Shown: positions 23,541-35,835 of the stretch, piece by piece
How positions within the stretch are numbered: the first letter of the stretch is position 1
Layout of the letters: each line of letters starts with the position of its first letter
Assembly: GCF_001194135.2 (NCBI RefSeq)
Contig: NC_068987.1
Location: 9,707,429 to 9,744,718 of the forward strand
Source: Octopus bimaculoides
Lineage: Eukaryota
Reading direction: 5' to 3'
DNA length: 37,290 bases
The notes under the pieces: generated by a model
Told to the model about the DNA's origin: nothing
Databases searched by the model: none
The model's input: the letters and a program-made list of their open reading frames with translations, nothing else
Position numbers and translations under genes: made by a program

Positions 23541-24440
23541 ATTATGAGGACATCTTATCTTACAGGTACACAAATATTTTCCTTTTCATTTATGTTACAA
23601 ATACTTAGGTACATGTTGATTAACGTCAGAAATGAACGTATACTCCGAAGGAATGTTCACCTCGTATCTACAGAACTTGATATCACAATTTCCAACAATC
23701 TATTTATGTCTAAACTTATAGATAATTTAGCCGCGTCTTTGTAAAAGCAAATGTATGTCGTTCAGGCTGAAAAGCTTTTAAATTGAAAGATTGCAATATT
23801 TCTAAGACACCGCTAAAAGTTTTATTCAATAGCTTAAGCTGTGAAGCCTAATTTGTATTTTCCCGAGGAAGGATTAAGCTACCAATTCTTGGTTGGTCGA
23901 ATTTCACCACACTGGGGCATCGTTGCTGGTTTGAGATTAGACATTTCATCTGAATTGAAGCACTTTGACAAGTTTTAAGACCACCGAAAGTCTTCTAGAA
24001 TGAATAAGGGAACTTTATAAATCCCAGAAGATTTCCAGTGGTTTTTGATCTTCATCATTTTTGTTTCACTCTTCCAGTTATTACATTTGGCCACATTTGT
24101 CGTTTAATTCTTTTTTCATTCCATTTCTTCCTTTATCTACTTTCTATCGCGGTTGTAATTTATCTACAACCGCCATATCATTCCAATATATCTACATTTG
24201 TTTTACTGTTGGTCTATAAACAATAACCATGTTGTTTATGTATTAATGCCACTCCAGAACATATTCGACTTTCTTTCCAGACATTGGTTCTGTTTGAAGA
24301 AATGCTTCTGTTATCTGAGCCGGTTCTTTTGGTATGTTTTTACAAGGAATTTTTTCATTTACTTCCAATATATAATTATTTTTTTCCTTTTCTCAATATT
24401 AGTATTTTCCTAGAATCTTGCTTGTAAGGCCTTAACGTCG

Positions 24441-24452
24441 TTATTATTATTA

Positions 24453-24535
<83 letters not shown>

Positions 24536-24542
24536 GTTGTTG

Positions 24543-24620
<78 letters not shown>
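24441..24620. repeat. (TTA)n microsatellite with a short (TTG) interruption
   Basis: About 60 trinucleotide units. Confidence 0.97.
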
Positions 24621-24621
<1 letters not shown>

Positions 24622-24873
24622 GTCTTCACTTCACTCATGCCATAGCGGATTATGTGTATAAATCTTGGATATTGGCAAAGGAACATTTTCTTTATTTGAA
24701 AGTAGTTGTTTACACTTGCCCCTGTCTTGTGTATATCATAGACGGAGGTGAAGATGTGCAAAATAACTATTGATTGTATAACAATGCCTGTGATTTTTTC
24801 TTGTTGTTTATTATGTATCCTTTCGGTTTCCTTCCTGTGCAGGTTTTGTTATAATATGGCTCACCTTAAACTC

Positions 24874-25080
24874 TTTAACTCTTTTACTGGTTTCCCTCAT
24901 TGGACTGTGACCATGCTGGGGCACCACCTTGGAGAGGTTTCATCGGTTTAATAGACACATACTTTAAGTGTATTTCTTTTTTTTTTTATTCGCCCCTTTC
25001 TCTGGAACTGCTTCGATACAGGAACGTAAAAAGACCAACATCGATTGCCAAGCCGGAAAAAAGACAAGCGCAAACACATA
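24874..25080 (-). mobile_element. SINE family A 3' half, diverged
   Basis: CTCTTTTACTGGTTTCCCTCATTGGACTGTGACCATGCTGGGGCACCACCTT is the reverse complement of the family A tail. Confidence 0.7.
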
Positions 25081-25444
25081 CACACATATGCACATATACA
25101 CAAAGACGCATATATATGTCTATATGTGTGTATAGAAGGGGATTCCTCATAGTTTCCATCTATCAAATTCTCTCACAATGTACAAGTTTTTATGATTGCT
25201 TATTGTTGTGCTATTTAGCCACAAGTTTACCATCAATCAAAGCCAGCCTATCCTTGATCATCTCGTCTTTATTACATATCTAGGCCTACAGTTTGCAATG
25301 TATATTCATAAGACGATATGGTATGATTCTGGGGGAGAACTGCACGCTATTTCTATAATTTCATTGAGGAATTAACATTTATAAGGGTTGTGTTAAACAA
25401 TCTTACACTTTTTCTAAAACCTTATCGATGAGTTCCAGTGGAAG

Positions 25445-25610
25445 AAATCACTAGCAATTTTGGGGAAGGGGATGAGTCGATTACATCGATCCCAGTGTTC
25501 AACTGGTACTTATTTTATCGATCCTGAAAGAATGAAAGGTAAAGTCGACCTCGGCGGAATTTGAACTCAAAACGTAGGGAGAAATACCGCTATGCATTTC
25601 GTCCGTTGCG
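25445..25610 (-). mobile_element. SINE family B
   Basis: GAGTCGATTACATCGATCCCAGTG..CTGGTACTTATTTTATCGA..GAAAGGTAAAGTCGACCTCGGCGGAATTTGAACTC. Confidence 0.85.
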
Positions 25611-25614
25611 TATT

Positions 25615-26241
25615 TTTTCTTTATCCAGCTATTTTCAGTTTCATTCACTCTCAAGTGCTTGTACAGTGCTTTATCTTTGCAATCTTTCATCATACCATAT
25701 CTAGTCAGCAACTTCCTTGTCTTTCTGTCTTAGCTGTTTAGTTCGTCTACTGTCCGTGCGATTACCCCTGCTCCATATCCAAGGAGTGAAACCGCCCAGG
25801 TGTTGATAGCTTCAATCTTATTCCGACCGTTTAATTTCGCAAGTACTTCACCTTAAATGTTTGTGTCATTTCTTTCTCCATCAATTTATCCATTTCCAAT
25901 ATTCTCAAGTACTTATAGCCCGTCTCTTTTATTTGTTTCATAACCTCCCCCGACGGCATCGATAGCCCGTTCATACATTTGATTTTGCCTCTCTTCAAGA
26001 CTAACACACCACACTTTTTCAGTCAGAACTCCATTCTGAAATCAGCACTGAAAGTATACAGCGTATCAAGGAAGTCATCCATGAATAACAAGTGGTCGAC
26101 TTTTTATAGGCGGTTTTGCGGTATGTACCCAGCTTTTGCTTTCATCAGAATCAGTGTTAGTGGTATCATGCACAATACAAAGATCAGTGGGGACAGGCAG
26201 TCCCCTTGGAAGATGCCATTCCTGATTTCTATTGTTCCTAA
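25615..26241 (-). mobile_element. R4/Dong-clade non-LTR retrotransposon, reverse transcriptase fragment with internal deletions
   Basis: Minus frame reads LGTIEIRNGIFQGDCLSPLIFVLCMIPL, HLLFMDD, KCGVLVLKRGK, YKYLRILE and LNGRNKIEAINTWAVSLLGYGAG (RT domains 4-7 and thumb). Its 5' junction is directly at an (AAT)n(AAG)n microsatellite. Confidence 0.9.
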
Positions 26242-26426
<185 letters not shown>

Positions 26427-27217
26427 ATATCTATTTTACAAACATAGATTTATCCGTAAACCTCTGGACTAAGAATTTATCATTTCTGAAATTTGTCACA
26501 CAGTATCTTCGATAGTTTCCAATATGTCTCGTTGGAACAACGTCAGCAACGTCATATATCAAGTATAATTATATTCATGACAGACTGAAGATTTATCTCC
26601 CTTCTTTATTCCCACCCTTCCCTCCATCATCTTCACTCTGGCAATGTTAATATCTATGTTCTTTATTCTTCTATATATTTCTCTTCTTTCAGTTGTAATT
26701 TATGCCCCTTCTGCTCTGTGTGTACATGTGTCCAAATTTATGTGTTCTCTTATTAAGCATTTTCTTATACATACATACATACATACATACATACATACAT
26801 ACATACATACACATAGACACATACACACAGACACAGATGCACACAGACACAGATACACACACACACACTCACCCACACATATAAAATAAATCTTTTTAGT
26901 GGTTAAACTCAAAGTAGATCAAGTTATTAATAATAGCGTACATATANNNNNNNNNNNNNNNNNNNNNNNNNNNNNNNNNNNNNNNNNNNNNNNNNNNNNN
27001 NNNNNNNNNNNNNNNNNNNNNNNNNNNNNNNNNNNNNNNNNNNNNNNNNNNNNNNNNNNNNNNNNNNNNNNNNNNNNNNNNNNNNNNNNNNNNNNNNNNN
27101 NNNNNNNNNNNNNNNNNNNNNNNNNNNATATATATATATATATATATATATACATATCGTCCATAAACATAAATACGAAACAAGAAGCACACTCTATGTT
27201 ACAGAGCAGTATAATTT

Positions 27218-27766
27218 AAAGTTAGATAAGGCCGGTTTATGGCTTTACCTTAGGTTTCACGTCCATAAAGCGCTTAGCTTTACGGCGTATCATCAGGTCC
27301 CAAAACATTTTGGCTTAAGTCCTCTCTAGCGAATGGCCTCTCTAGAATATGGAGGAGAAAATGACCTCCTACTCAATGTCACCATAGGGGATTATCTCCC
27401 TTTGGCTGTCGATCGCCAGTGACTCTGTTATCTTGTGGGTTCCAATAGGCCAGCAGGAACTTCCTGAAATGCAAGCCTAGTCCGAAAACCTCCGTTCTGC
27501 AATTAAGGATGTTCCCCGTGTCGAGGGAGTCCTTTAGAGTCCTCGCCCGTTCAGCTATGGATAGTTTACACCGTTTGGTCCCGTTTATGTAGGGGCATGG
27601 AAGTTCTAGGACTGTCCAAGATATTGTGTATGGAATCCCGTCGTCCTTCAGCTGCCATACATAGCTGGCTTATGACGTAATGCATCTCCTTTCCGGTATC
27701 CTGAAGGACAAGCGCTTTATAGACGTGAAACCAAGGTAATCACATAAACCGGCGTATCCTAACTTT
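27218..27766 (-). mobile_element. 5'-truncated Penelope-like element: GIY-YIG C-terminus, 3' pLTR with hammerhead, and an inverted partial pLTR at its 5' end
   Basis: Minus frame 27708-27379 reads SFRIPERRCITS*ASYVWQLKDDGIPYTISWTVLELPCPYINGTKRCKLSIAER...ILNCRTEVF...HFRKFLL, matching the T.LS.Y.W.LK, I.W.I, C.LC..EK and LLN.R.E...H.RKF pattern. Ends 27218-27275 and 27710-27766 are inverted copies. Confidence 0.85.
27241..27301 (-). ncRNA. Minimal type I hammerhead motif in PLE pLTR (family 1)
   Basis: GGGAC-CTGATGA-T-ACG CC GTAAAGC TAAGC GCTTTAT GG A CGT-GAAA-CCTAAGG-T-A. Intact core, long helix II, palindrome ACCT(A)AGGT, GUA triplet; helix I is eroded in this copy. Confidence 0.7.
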
Positions 27767-27821
27767 TATATTATATTACATATACATATGTATGTATGCA
27801 AATTATTAAAATATATATAAG

Positions 27822-27892
<71 letters not shown>

Positions 27893-28347
27893 TAGGGTAC
27901 CACATAACCACCAGCTTCGCTAAAAATAGAAGTCAAAATACTTCCAAAAAAATTTTTGTGTCATGTAAGCAAAGTTCATGGACGGGCAGATCCTAATATC
28001 ATATTAAATGTTGGTGAACAGAAATCTATGAGAAGTAGCATTAGAATCGTTTAGTTGCAATCCTTTGAAGGGATGGAATAGTAGTGTAAAAGAATAGTAA
28101 AATACCAAGTAAACATTAAAGAAGACATGATCTGACTATTCACCGCGTCATTTCTGTTTAGAAAAGAATCCACTTAACAGTAAAAGCGGATTATGTTAAA
28201 TAAAGATAAATTGGATTGTATGAAATATTAAATTATCTTTGGTGCAATGCCTGGTTAAATGAACTTTAGAAAATCAAAGATTGTTTTGTAAAAATTCGTA
28301 ACCAAAATTAAATGGTATGTATATTGGTTTCAAATTTTGACACAGGG

Positions 28348-28496
28348 CTAGCAATTTTGGGGAAAAGGAGTAATTTAACTACATCAACCCCAGTCAGTAA
28401 CTGGTTCTTATTTTCGCGACGCCGAAAGGATGAAAAACAAAATTGACGTCGGTGGAATATGAACTCAGAACGTAAAACCGAAAGAAATGCCGCTAA
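28348..28496 (-). mobile_element. SINE family B, diverged
   Basis: CCCCAGTCAGTAACTGGTTCTTATTTT..GAAAGGATGAAA..GACGTCGGTGGAATATGAACTCAGAACGTAA. Confidence 0.75.
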
Positions 28497-29461
28497 TATA
28501 TGAATTAATTTAATACTCGAGTTAATTAAGAAAGGATTCTCCATCGTATTATACAGTGAGTCAATTAAGAAATAGGAATAATCTATAATAAAGTACCTGG
28601 GGTACTTCGCTATAGAGTTCATTTCCTTATATGCAGGTGAGTTAATTTGTGGAAATTTGAATGTGGAAACTTTAGGAATGTTTTACTGAATAACACAGAA
28701 GAGTAAATCAATAACTCGATACGTTTGTTAATTAGGTTGTAATTACAATTTAGTAATTTAAATGTTTTTCCCAAACACAAAATGGTACCGCCCACCACAA
28801 CCACCTGTACAGTAAATACTATCTATTATGAACCACGAAAGAGATACTCGAGGGACTTAGCCAAGGAGGTATACTATTGTGTTCATTTCTAATTATTTTG
28901 CTTGCATAACCACATTAACGCTTATACTCTTACCCACACACGTATATGTAAATGTATACACATATTTATGTATATGTGCGTATAGAGATTCTTTCACACA
29001 CACCCACTATATTGATATGTATATTTATACACACATATATATATATAATATATATTTATATATGTATATATATATATATATATATATNNNNNNNNNNNNN
29101 NNNNNNNNNNNNNNNNNNNNNNNNNNNNNNNNNNNNNNNNNNNNNNNNNNNNNNNNNNNNNNNNNNNNNNNNNNNNNNNNNNNNNNNNNNNNNNNNNNNN
29201 NNNNNNNNNNNNNNNNNNNNNNNNNNNNNNNNNNNNNNNNNNNNNNNNNNNNNNNNNNNNNNNNNNNNNNNNNNNNNNNNNNNNNNNNNNNNNNNNNNNN
29301 NNNNNNNNNNNNNNNNNNNNNNNNNNNNNNNNNNNNNNNNNNNNNNNNNNNNNNNNNNNNNNNNNNNNNNNNNNNNNNNNNNNNNNNNNNNNNNNNNNNN
29401 NNNNNNNNNNNNTATGCTTATACATGCATACATATTAATATGTACTTCATGTACATAATGT

Positions 29462-29495
<34 letters not shown>

Positions 29496-30660
29496 GTATG
29501 TATGTATATATATATACATATATCGAAGTTACCAGAACGAAATTTTGCAAGCCAAGTGACCATGTGTGTGATTCTTTTCCTTTCATATATGTGCATCAGA
29601 CTGTCGGGCATAAGCGCGCGTTTGCGTGAGTATGCGTGCGCACGTGTGTGTATACTGCTATTGTGTGTATATGTGCTTGTGTGTGCATGAGGCCGTTTTG
29701 AGTGTCATACTGGAAGGACATATACGTGACATAGAGGTGACAAAAGTGTTGAGAAGTGTCTGTGTATTATAGACTGGTTACTATGAGTACGAATAGCGTG
29801 CAGGACTTTAATGAAGGTGTGAGTGCTAGTGTGTGTATATGTGTATATGTGTGTATGAAGTAAGAAATGAGTGTGTGTGTGTATTTGTGTGTATGTGTAT
29901 GTGCATACTGTTTAAATGTGTTGGAGTGTGTGTGGTTTGAGTATATATAAATATATATGTATATGTATATATTTAGATATATATATATATATATACAAAC
30001 GCACCACACTCACACACAAGCACACCACAAACATACACACACACATATATACGTATACATATGTATATAATTCAATCGTTATTCCTTCTCTTCTTCACAC
30101 ATACACATACTGACACACGTACACACTGACACACGCACACACACACACACAAGCACACTGACACACATACACAGACAAACACGGACATACACATACGGAC
30201 ATCCACCGTCACGCCCTGTTCCCTCTCCCCCTAAATGTTTCTCTTCTTCGTCGTTATTACGCGTCTCCCCTTACATTTATCGAATCCACATTATTTTGAG
30301 AGAAATATAATAGGCATCAGCTTCAAAACAATCATAAGAACGTCTTAATATTAATGACAGACATCGTCTCAGACTGAAGTGACACCTAAATGATGGTTAA
30401 CCTTAAATTTGCTATAATTGTTTTTTTTTTTTTTTTAGTTACGATAAAATATGTTTATACTTTGAATAATGGTTCCGTCTGACAAGCGTTGATTGCTCTG
30501 TAAAAGACTGTTTATCCGCTTACAAGTCTTGGCTGAAGTATTTTCTTCTTTTATAGCGATATGTGTACCATACTTCGTTTTAGTATTTGGTTTGCAAAAT
30601 TCCTGATATGAATTCGTGTGTTGAAGCAAATCCTGTCTTATCTTGGGAGGGTCATTATGC

Positions 30661-30917
30661 CAATAATCATGAACACACGCACTGGTTTAATATCAGCCGA
30701 CTAAATATCTGGCCATCTAACAAATCGATCGTTTGTTTAATGCGTTGGTTAAACAATTTATCGGTTGTTTGTTTGTCGAAGTCCTTTCGTCGTTATTCGT
30801 GATCTCATCACAGACATGCCCTCACGCTTCAATGACTGCCTTGAGACGAAAGATCTTGACCGATTGATTAAGAATAGAGAAGTGATATTGAACCATTGCG
30901 TGTGTTCATTATTACTG
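30661..30917. mobile_element. MITE-like segment bounded by roughly 35-bp inverted repeats
   Basis: ATGAACACACGCACTGGTTTAATATCA (30669-30695) vs TGATATTGAACCATTGCGTGTGTTCAT (30883-30909): 25/27 complementary, extending 8 nt outward. No TSD seen. Confidence 0.5.
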
Positions 30918-31190
30918 TGTATCATACTTAAAGCAAATACGTCTTTAAAACTGCTGTCTCGCTGATAAACTGTGAGGTAGCAGTTCTTATAAACATATAA
31001 TGTTAAGAAACACAGAAAAATATGGATAGCAGACAAAAACCGTCCAACAACGGTAGTGAGATTGCCTTTACGCATTTTTGTCTCCTTAAGCTTCGTCAGC
31101 AGTAAGTATCCACTAGCAGCCGTGTGCTAAAACAAAATCAGCCGCTACTGATATAGTAAAACAGTGATTGAAAATTACTGATATCGCAAT
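30915..31190 (-). mobile_element. Family 2 hammerhead-bearing repeat, copy 2 (G12 changed to A), cut by a SINE at 31191
   Basis: Minus strand TAGTGGATACTTACTG-CTGACGA-AGCTTAAGGAGACA-AAAA-TGCGTA aligns with the 1027-1080 copy. Confidence 0.7.
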
Positions 31191-31269
31191 TAGTGCTGAG
31201 CAGTGGGACTGAATCCAAGAGCACGCGGTTGGCAAGCAAGCTTCTCAACCACACAGCTGCGCATGCGCC
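31191..31269 (-). mobile_element. SINE family A, tRNA head
   Basis: GCAGTGGGACTGAATCCAAGAGCACGCGGTTGGCAAGCAAGCTTCTCAACCACACAGCTGCGCATGCGCC. Confidence 0.8.
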
Positions 31270-31744
31270 AATAAGTAAATGCATTCATAAAATACACGCT
31301 TGTGTTTCAGTGACTGTTAGGAGGAGAAACAAATGTCTAAGAACAAGAAACAAAAACAGAGGTATTGAGGATTATATTAATGTCCGCAATATTTCAGCAT
31401 CTGAAGCGGCGTGAAAGATGCTGAGGTTGAAATCATATGGTTCATTTAGTAAGATAACAATATGTTTGTTTCAATGACAACGAAATCACGGAACACATCC
31501 ACAGAAATCGTAAATCATGGATTTATGATTCCATGGATGACAGGTAAACATGAATCACCTGGAGCATTCCAAGCGCATACTATCTGCTGCCCTGATTTCA
31601 CAGAATATTATACGTGGGATAAAGCAAAAAGATGAGGGAGGAGAAAAAAAAGAATAACATGAATTTGGACGTTTGTACTTTGTTATTCCAAAAGATGAGA
31701 AGAATTTCTGTGTGAAAGTTTAATTTCATCATATTTCAGAAGCT

Positions 31745-31855
31745 GCATTCAGCCGACGTCGACTTTGCTTTTCATCCTTTTGGGCCGATGAAAGAAGTAC
31801 CAGCTGCACACTGGGGTCGATATAATCGACTGCCCCTTCCACCAATTTTTCAGCT
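31745..31855 (+). mobile_element. SINE family B fragment
   Basis: GTCGACTTTGCTTTTCATCCTTTTGGG..AAGTACCAGCTGCACACTGGGGTCGATATAATCGAC. Confidence 0.8.
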
Positions 31856-31914
31856 CGTATACAGTAGAAACGATATTTCAGAAGCTGCCTCATTTCAAGA
31901 TATGAAAATTGTTT

Positions 31915-32085
31915 AGACGCAAAGCCAGCAGTTTTAAGGGGAGAGTGGGAAATCATTTGCATTGATACCAGTACTTCACGGGTATTTATTTTATCGACCC
32001 CGCAAAGATGAAAGGTAAAGCTGACGTCGGCTGCATTTGAACTCAGGACGTAAAAAGCCGGCAGAAACGTCGGCAGACATTTTGC
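31915..32085 (-). mobile_element. SINE family B fragment, inverted relative to the 31745 copy
   Basis: GGTATTTATTTTATCGACCCC..GATGAAAGGTAAAGCTGACGTCGGCTGCATTTGAACTCAGGACGTAA. Confidence 0.8.
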
Positions 32086-32349
32086 ACCAAAAGCCTGTAT
32101 GAGAGTTTCTTTCAAGTTATCTACAGCAGTAAAGTTTGTTTTAACTGAACGTCCACGTTTAAGTGGAGATAAATAATATTACCCCTCGGTGTTAATATTG
32201 CCTCCATCGCTAATATATATTTTTTAACAAGAGTCAAAAAGCTATGTGTAATATTTGGGCTTATGAAGGCTGTAAATCAGCCGAATTGCCCACGCGATGG
32301 AATAAATGCTTAACAGCCTTTCTTCTGGTTCTTTACGTTCTCTACATTC

Positions 32350-32498
32350 TTGTAACTTAGTGGTCTGGCAAAGGAGTTCGATAAAATAAGTACTAGACTT
32401 TGAAATAACTACCGGGGTTGCTTCGTTCAACGAAGCCCTTCAAAACGGTGTCTCAGCATGGCTGCAGTCTAATGATTAAAACAAATAGAAAATAAAAG
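32350..32498 (+). mobile_element. SINE family A 3' half
   Basis: GTAACTTAGTGGTCTGGCAAAGG..GATAAAATAAGTACTAG..CAGCATGGCTGCAGTCTAATGA. Confidence 0.8.
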
Positions 32499-33120
32499 TT
32501 ACTCAAGTTTACTCAAGGCTAGAATTTCGGAAGCGGAGCGAATGGTCGATAGTATGAACATGAAAAGCAATGAAAGCTTCAGCGAAATTTGAACTTACAA
32601 TGTAAGAGATCGTAACTAAATACCGCAACACATTTTATCAGACGCTCAGCGATTCTGTCAATGCAAAATATTGCGCATGCTTGGAGAAACTCTGTCGACC
32701 AACCAAGCTTGACTAATGGCTGACAGCCAACCAAGTCTGACTAATTTGTCTCTCTCGGTTCTGAGTTTAATTTTTTCTTGCAGTCGAGCTTTGTTTTCAT
32801 TTCACTGGTTTTCGATAAACAACTATCAGTAATATACTGTGTCAATTTAATCAACGAATTTTTTTGCCATCTTTATTTACAGTGTGTCTATAACAATTCA
32901 GTATTCACTGCAAAAATCAAACGGAAAATGCTATAGAGACTTCTGGACAACTGCATAAAGATATTTACCTTGTATATTCTTGACCTCCTCGGTTTGTCAT
33001 CAGACGCTGTTGAAAGAAGATATATCTTCAAACTTTGAATATTACAGACATTCAAGTAACAACAACTACTTCCGCCATTCTGTCTTTATCTCCGCATATA
33101 TATATAAATGATATATCATG

Positions 33121-33198
<78 letters not shown>

Positions 33199-33406
33199 NN
33201 NNNNNNNNNNNNNNNNNNNNNNNNNNNNNNNNNNNNNNNNNNNNNNNNNNNNNNNNNNNNNNNNNNNNNNNNNNNNNNNNNNNNNNNNNNNNNNNNNNNN
33301 NNNNNNNNNNNNNNNNNNNNNNNNNNNNNNNNNNNNNNNNNNNNNNNNNNNNNNNNNNNNNNNNNNNNNNNNNNNNNNNNNNNNNNNNNNNNNNNNNNNN
33401 NNNNNN

Positions 33407-33429
<23 letters not shown>

Positions 33430-33443
<14 letters not shown>

Positions 33444-33547
33444 CTCCCCCTAACATCGCTTGCGCTTTCGTCCTCGTAAATTAGCGGTTCGGCAAAAGAT
33501 AGTGATAGGATAAAGTACTAACCTTACAAGGAATAAGTCCTGGGGTC
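33430..33547 (+). mobile_element. SINE family A middle fragment
   Basis: TTAGCGGTTCGGCAAAAGA..GTACTAACCTTACAAGGAATAAGTCCTGGGGTC. Confidence 0.75.
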
Positions 33548-34514
33548 TTATACCAAGACAAAACAAGACAAAACAAGTATATATATTATAGCACTTCCAA
33601 CCAGTTAAGATCAGAAGCCATGAGAGCCACTGCCTGGTACTGCATTAGCTCATTTGTTGTTGTTGTTCTTCTTCTTCTTCTTAATTTATTTATTCATTTA
33701 TTCATTTATTCAATTACATGTTTGAAGTTGTCAGTGTTTGGATGTCTGTAGGTTGATACATATATATATATGTGTATATATATGTGTGCTTATTTATAAG
33801 TCTATGAGTATGTAATTTGTCTGTCTGTGTGTGTGTGCAAATAGATATGTTTAAGGTGTAGTTAAAAACGTATCAAATGTTTTCGTAAGTACACCAGCAT
33901 ACATAAATTTGGGTAGGGTTTATAACGATATTGTTTTTGTCGATCGGCTTTAAACATATTTGCTTTAACTAATTCTTGTTGTGCTCGTATTAGTGTGAAA
34001 GTGTTTGTCTACTGATGGATGTTCCAGATCAAAGGCGGTTTCCAAATAAGCTTATAACCAGAATTTAACCTTTATCTCATGCATTACATTGATTTACAAC
34101 AATTTTTTTCATAGTGTTCTTGTTTAATACAAACATGTGTGTACAAGTTCATATGCGAGAAGTGATATACACACACACGATCGATCGAGTCGGTTTATCA
34201 ACATATACGTTAATGGTTTTGAGTGTATCAAATATAAGAACCAGTAAATTTTAAAACGCAAATAAACATTATATGACATGACGAAATAAACACTTGATAA
34301 GAATATATGAGGAAGATTATACATACATATATAGTTGTGGGTGTGCGCGTGTTTGTTTTAATATAGAATTATATAAAAAGTCAAATATTAATTGAAGCAA
34401 TAAACTAGTGAACCATATTTATTTTCCTGCTACAAGAAAGATATTAGTAGTGACTTCGAAACTTCAGCTTAGTTACCTTCGTCAAAATGCATATAAACAC
34501 ACATGTACATGCCA

Positions 34515-34576
<62 letters not shown>

Positions 34577-34714
34577 GAAGTAAATGGACACTTTTAATTT
34601 TCAAAATCTTTTATTTGATATTAATTGGTTGAAGGAGAGGTTTTCTTTTACCTGCTCATCCATAATACCCAAGCTTATGGTATGTGGATGTGTGTCTTCA
34701 TGACTGTGTATATA

Positions 34715-34917
34715 CCCTACCACCATTTGACAACCATTAGGGCGAGTTTGCCTCCCCATAACTTAGCGGTTCAGCAAAAAGGACCAATAGAATAAGTACC
34801 AGGTTTTCAAATTGTTTAGTAAGTACTGGAGTAGATTCATTCAACTAAAATTCTTTGAGGCGGTGCCCCAGCATGGCCGCAGTCTAATGACTGAAATATG
34901 TGAAAGAAAAGATAAAT
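34715..34917 (+). mobile_element. SINE family A 3' half
   Basis: AACTTAGCGGTTCAGCAAAAAGGACCAATAGAATAAGTACCAGG..GGCGGTGCCCCAGCATGGCCGCAGTCTAATGACTGAAA. Confidence 0.88.
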
Positions 34918-35029
34918 GAAAATGTATACTTCCATAATTTATAACTTTTTTACATGATGTAATATTTTTGCAATTTTTGCGATATCTGCAACGCCCCCAA
35001 CCTCACCCCCAAATTTATAGTTTTATTCT

Positions 35030-35266
35030 ATTATTTATTTCTTTATTGCCCACAGAGGGCTCACCATAGAGAGGACAAACAAGGACAAACAAAGGGATTA
35101 AGTCGATTACATCGACCTCCGTGCATAACTGGTACTTATTTAATCGCCCTCGAATAAATGAAAGGCAAAGTCAACCTCGGTGGAATTTGAACTCAGAACA
35201 TAACGGCTGACGAAATACCACTAAGCATTTCGCCTGGCGTGCTAACGATTCTGCCAGCTCGCTGCC
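35030..35266 (-). mobile_element. SINE family B, near full length
   Basis: TTCTTTATTGCCCACA..GGACAAACAAGGACAAACAAAGGGATTAAGTCGATTACATCGAC..TTTGAACTCAGAAC..GCGTGCTAACGATTCTGCCAGCTCGCTGCC. Confidence 0.9.
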
Positions 35267-35835
35267 GTATTATTGCAGTTGGTGTCAGCCCTAACCGACT
35301 GTCAGCTCGTTTATAAATAATTCTCAGTTATTACCTTCAATTTTAAACACTTTCTAAATAATTTCCTCTACACTCTTTAACGATTGTCACTTTATGCTCG
35401 TAAAATTCTATAAAAATTTGTTAAACAATTTTGTCTGTATTCTACGATATTTATACTTTACACAAACTTCATGAGTTCCTATACATACATGCATGCATGC
35501 ATGCATACATACATACATACATACATACAGTGATCAGTCTCCGAGTGAGATTCGATATCTTTTACATTTTACTTGCTCCAGTCAGACAAATCGTATCCGT
35601 TTCTTATTTTTTAAGTCTGGTACTTATTATATCGATATATTTTTTTACTGAACCGCTAAGATAACGTGATGTAAGCAACATATCTGTTGAAAAAAAATAC
35701 AAACATACTATCTTATTTGTCAGAAATCGTATCAACTATCTGATAAGACAGAACGAAAATGTCTAAATTTAATCCACAAAGTAGACTAATAATACACGGC
35801 AAAAACAAAAAGAGTTTTGAGATTCTTGCTGTCAA

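Noticed and set aside
26142-26148. Further CTGANGA hits (26142-, 26585+, 21916-, 32997-, 35207+, 19189-)
   Set aside because: No downstream GAAA with helices; explained by coding, SINE or microsatellite context.
27891-27930. Helitron-like end (TA)n-ACTAG...CAGCTTCGCT
   Set aside because: Only a loose resemblance; no matching other terminus or hairpin identified.
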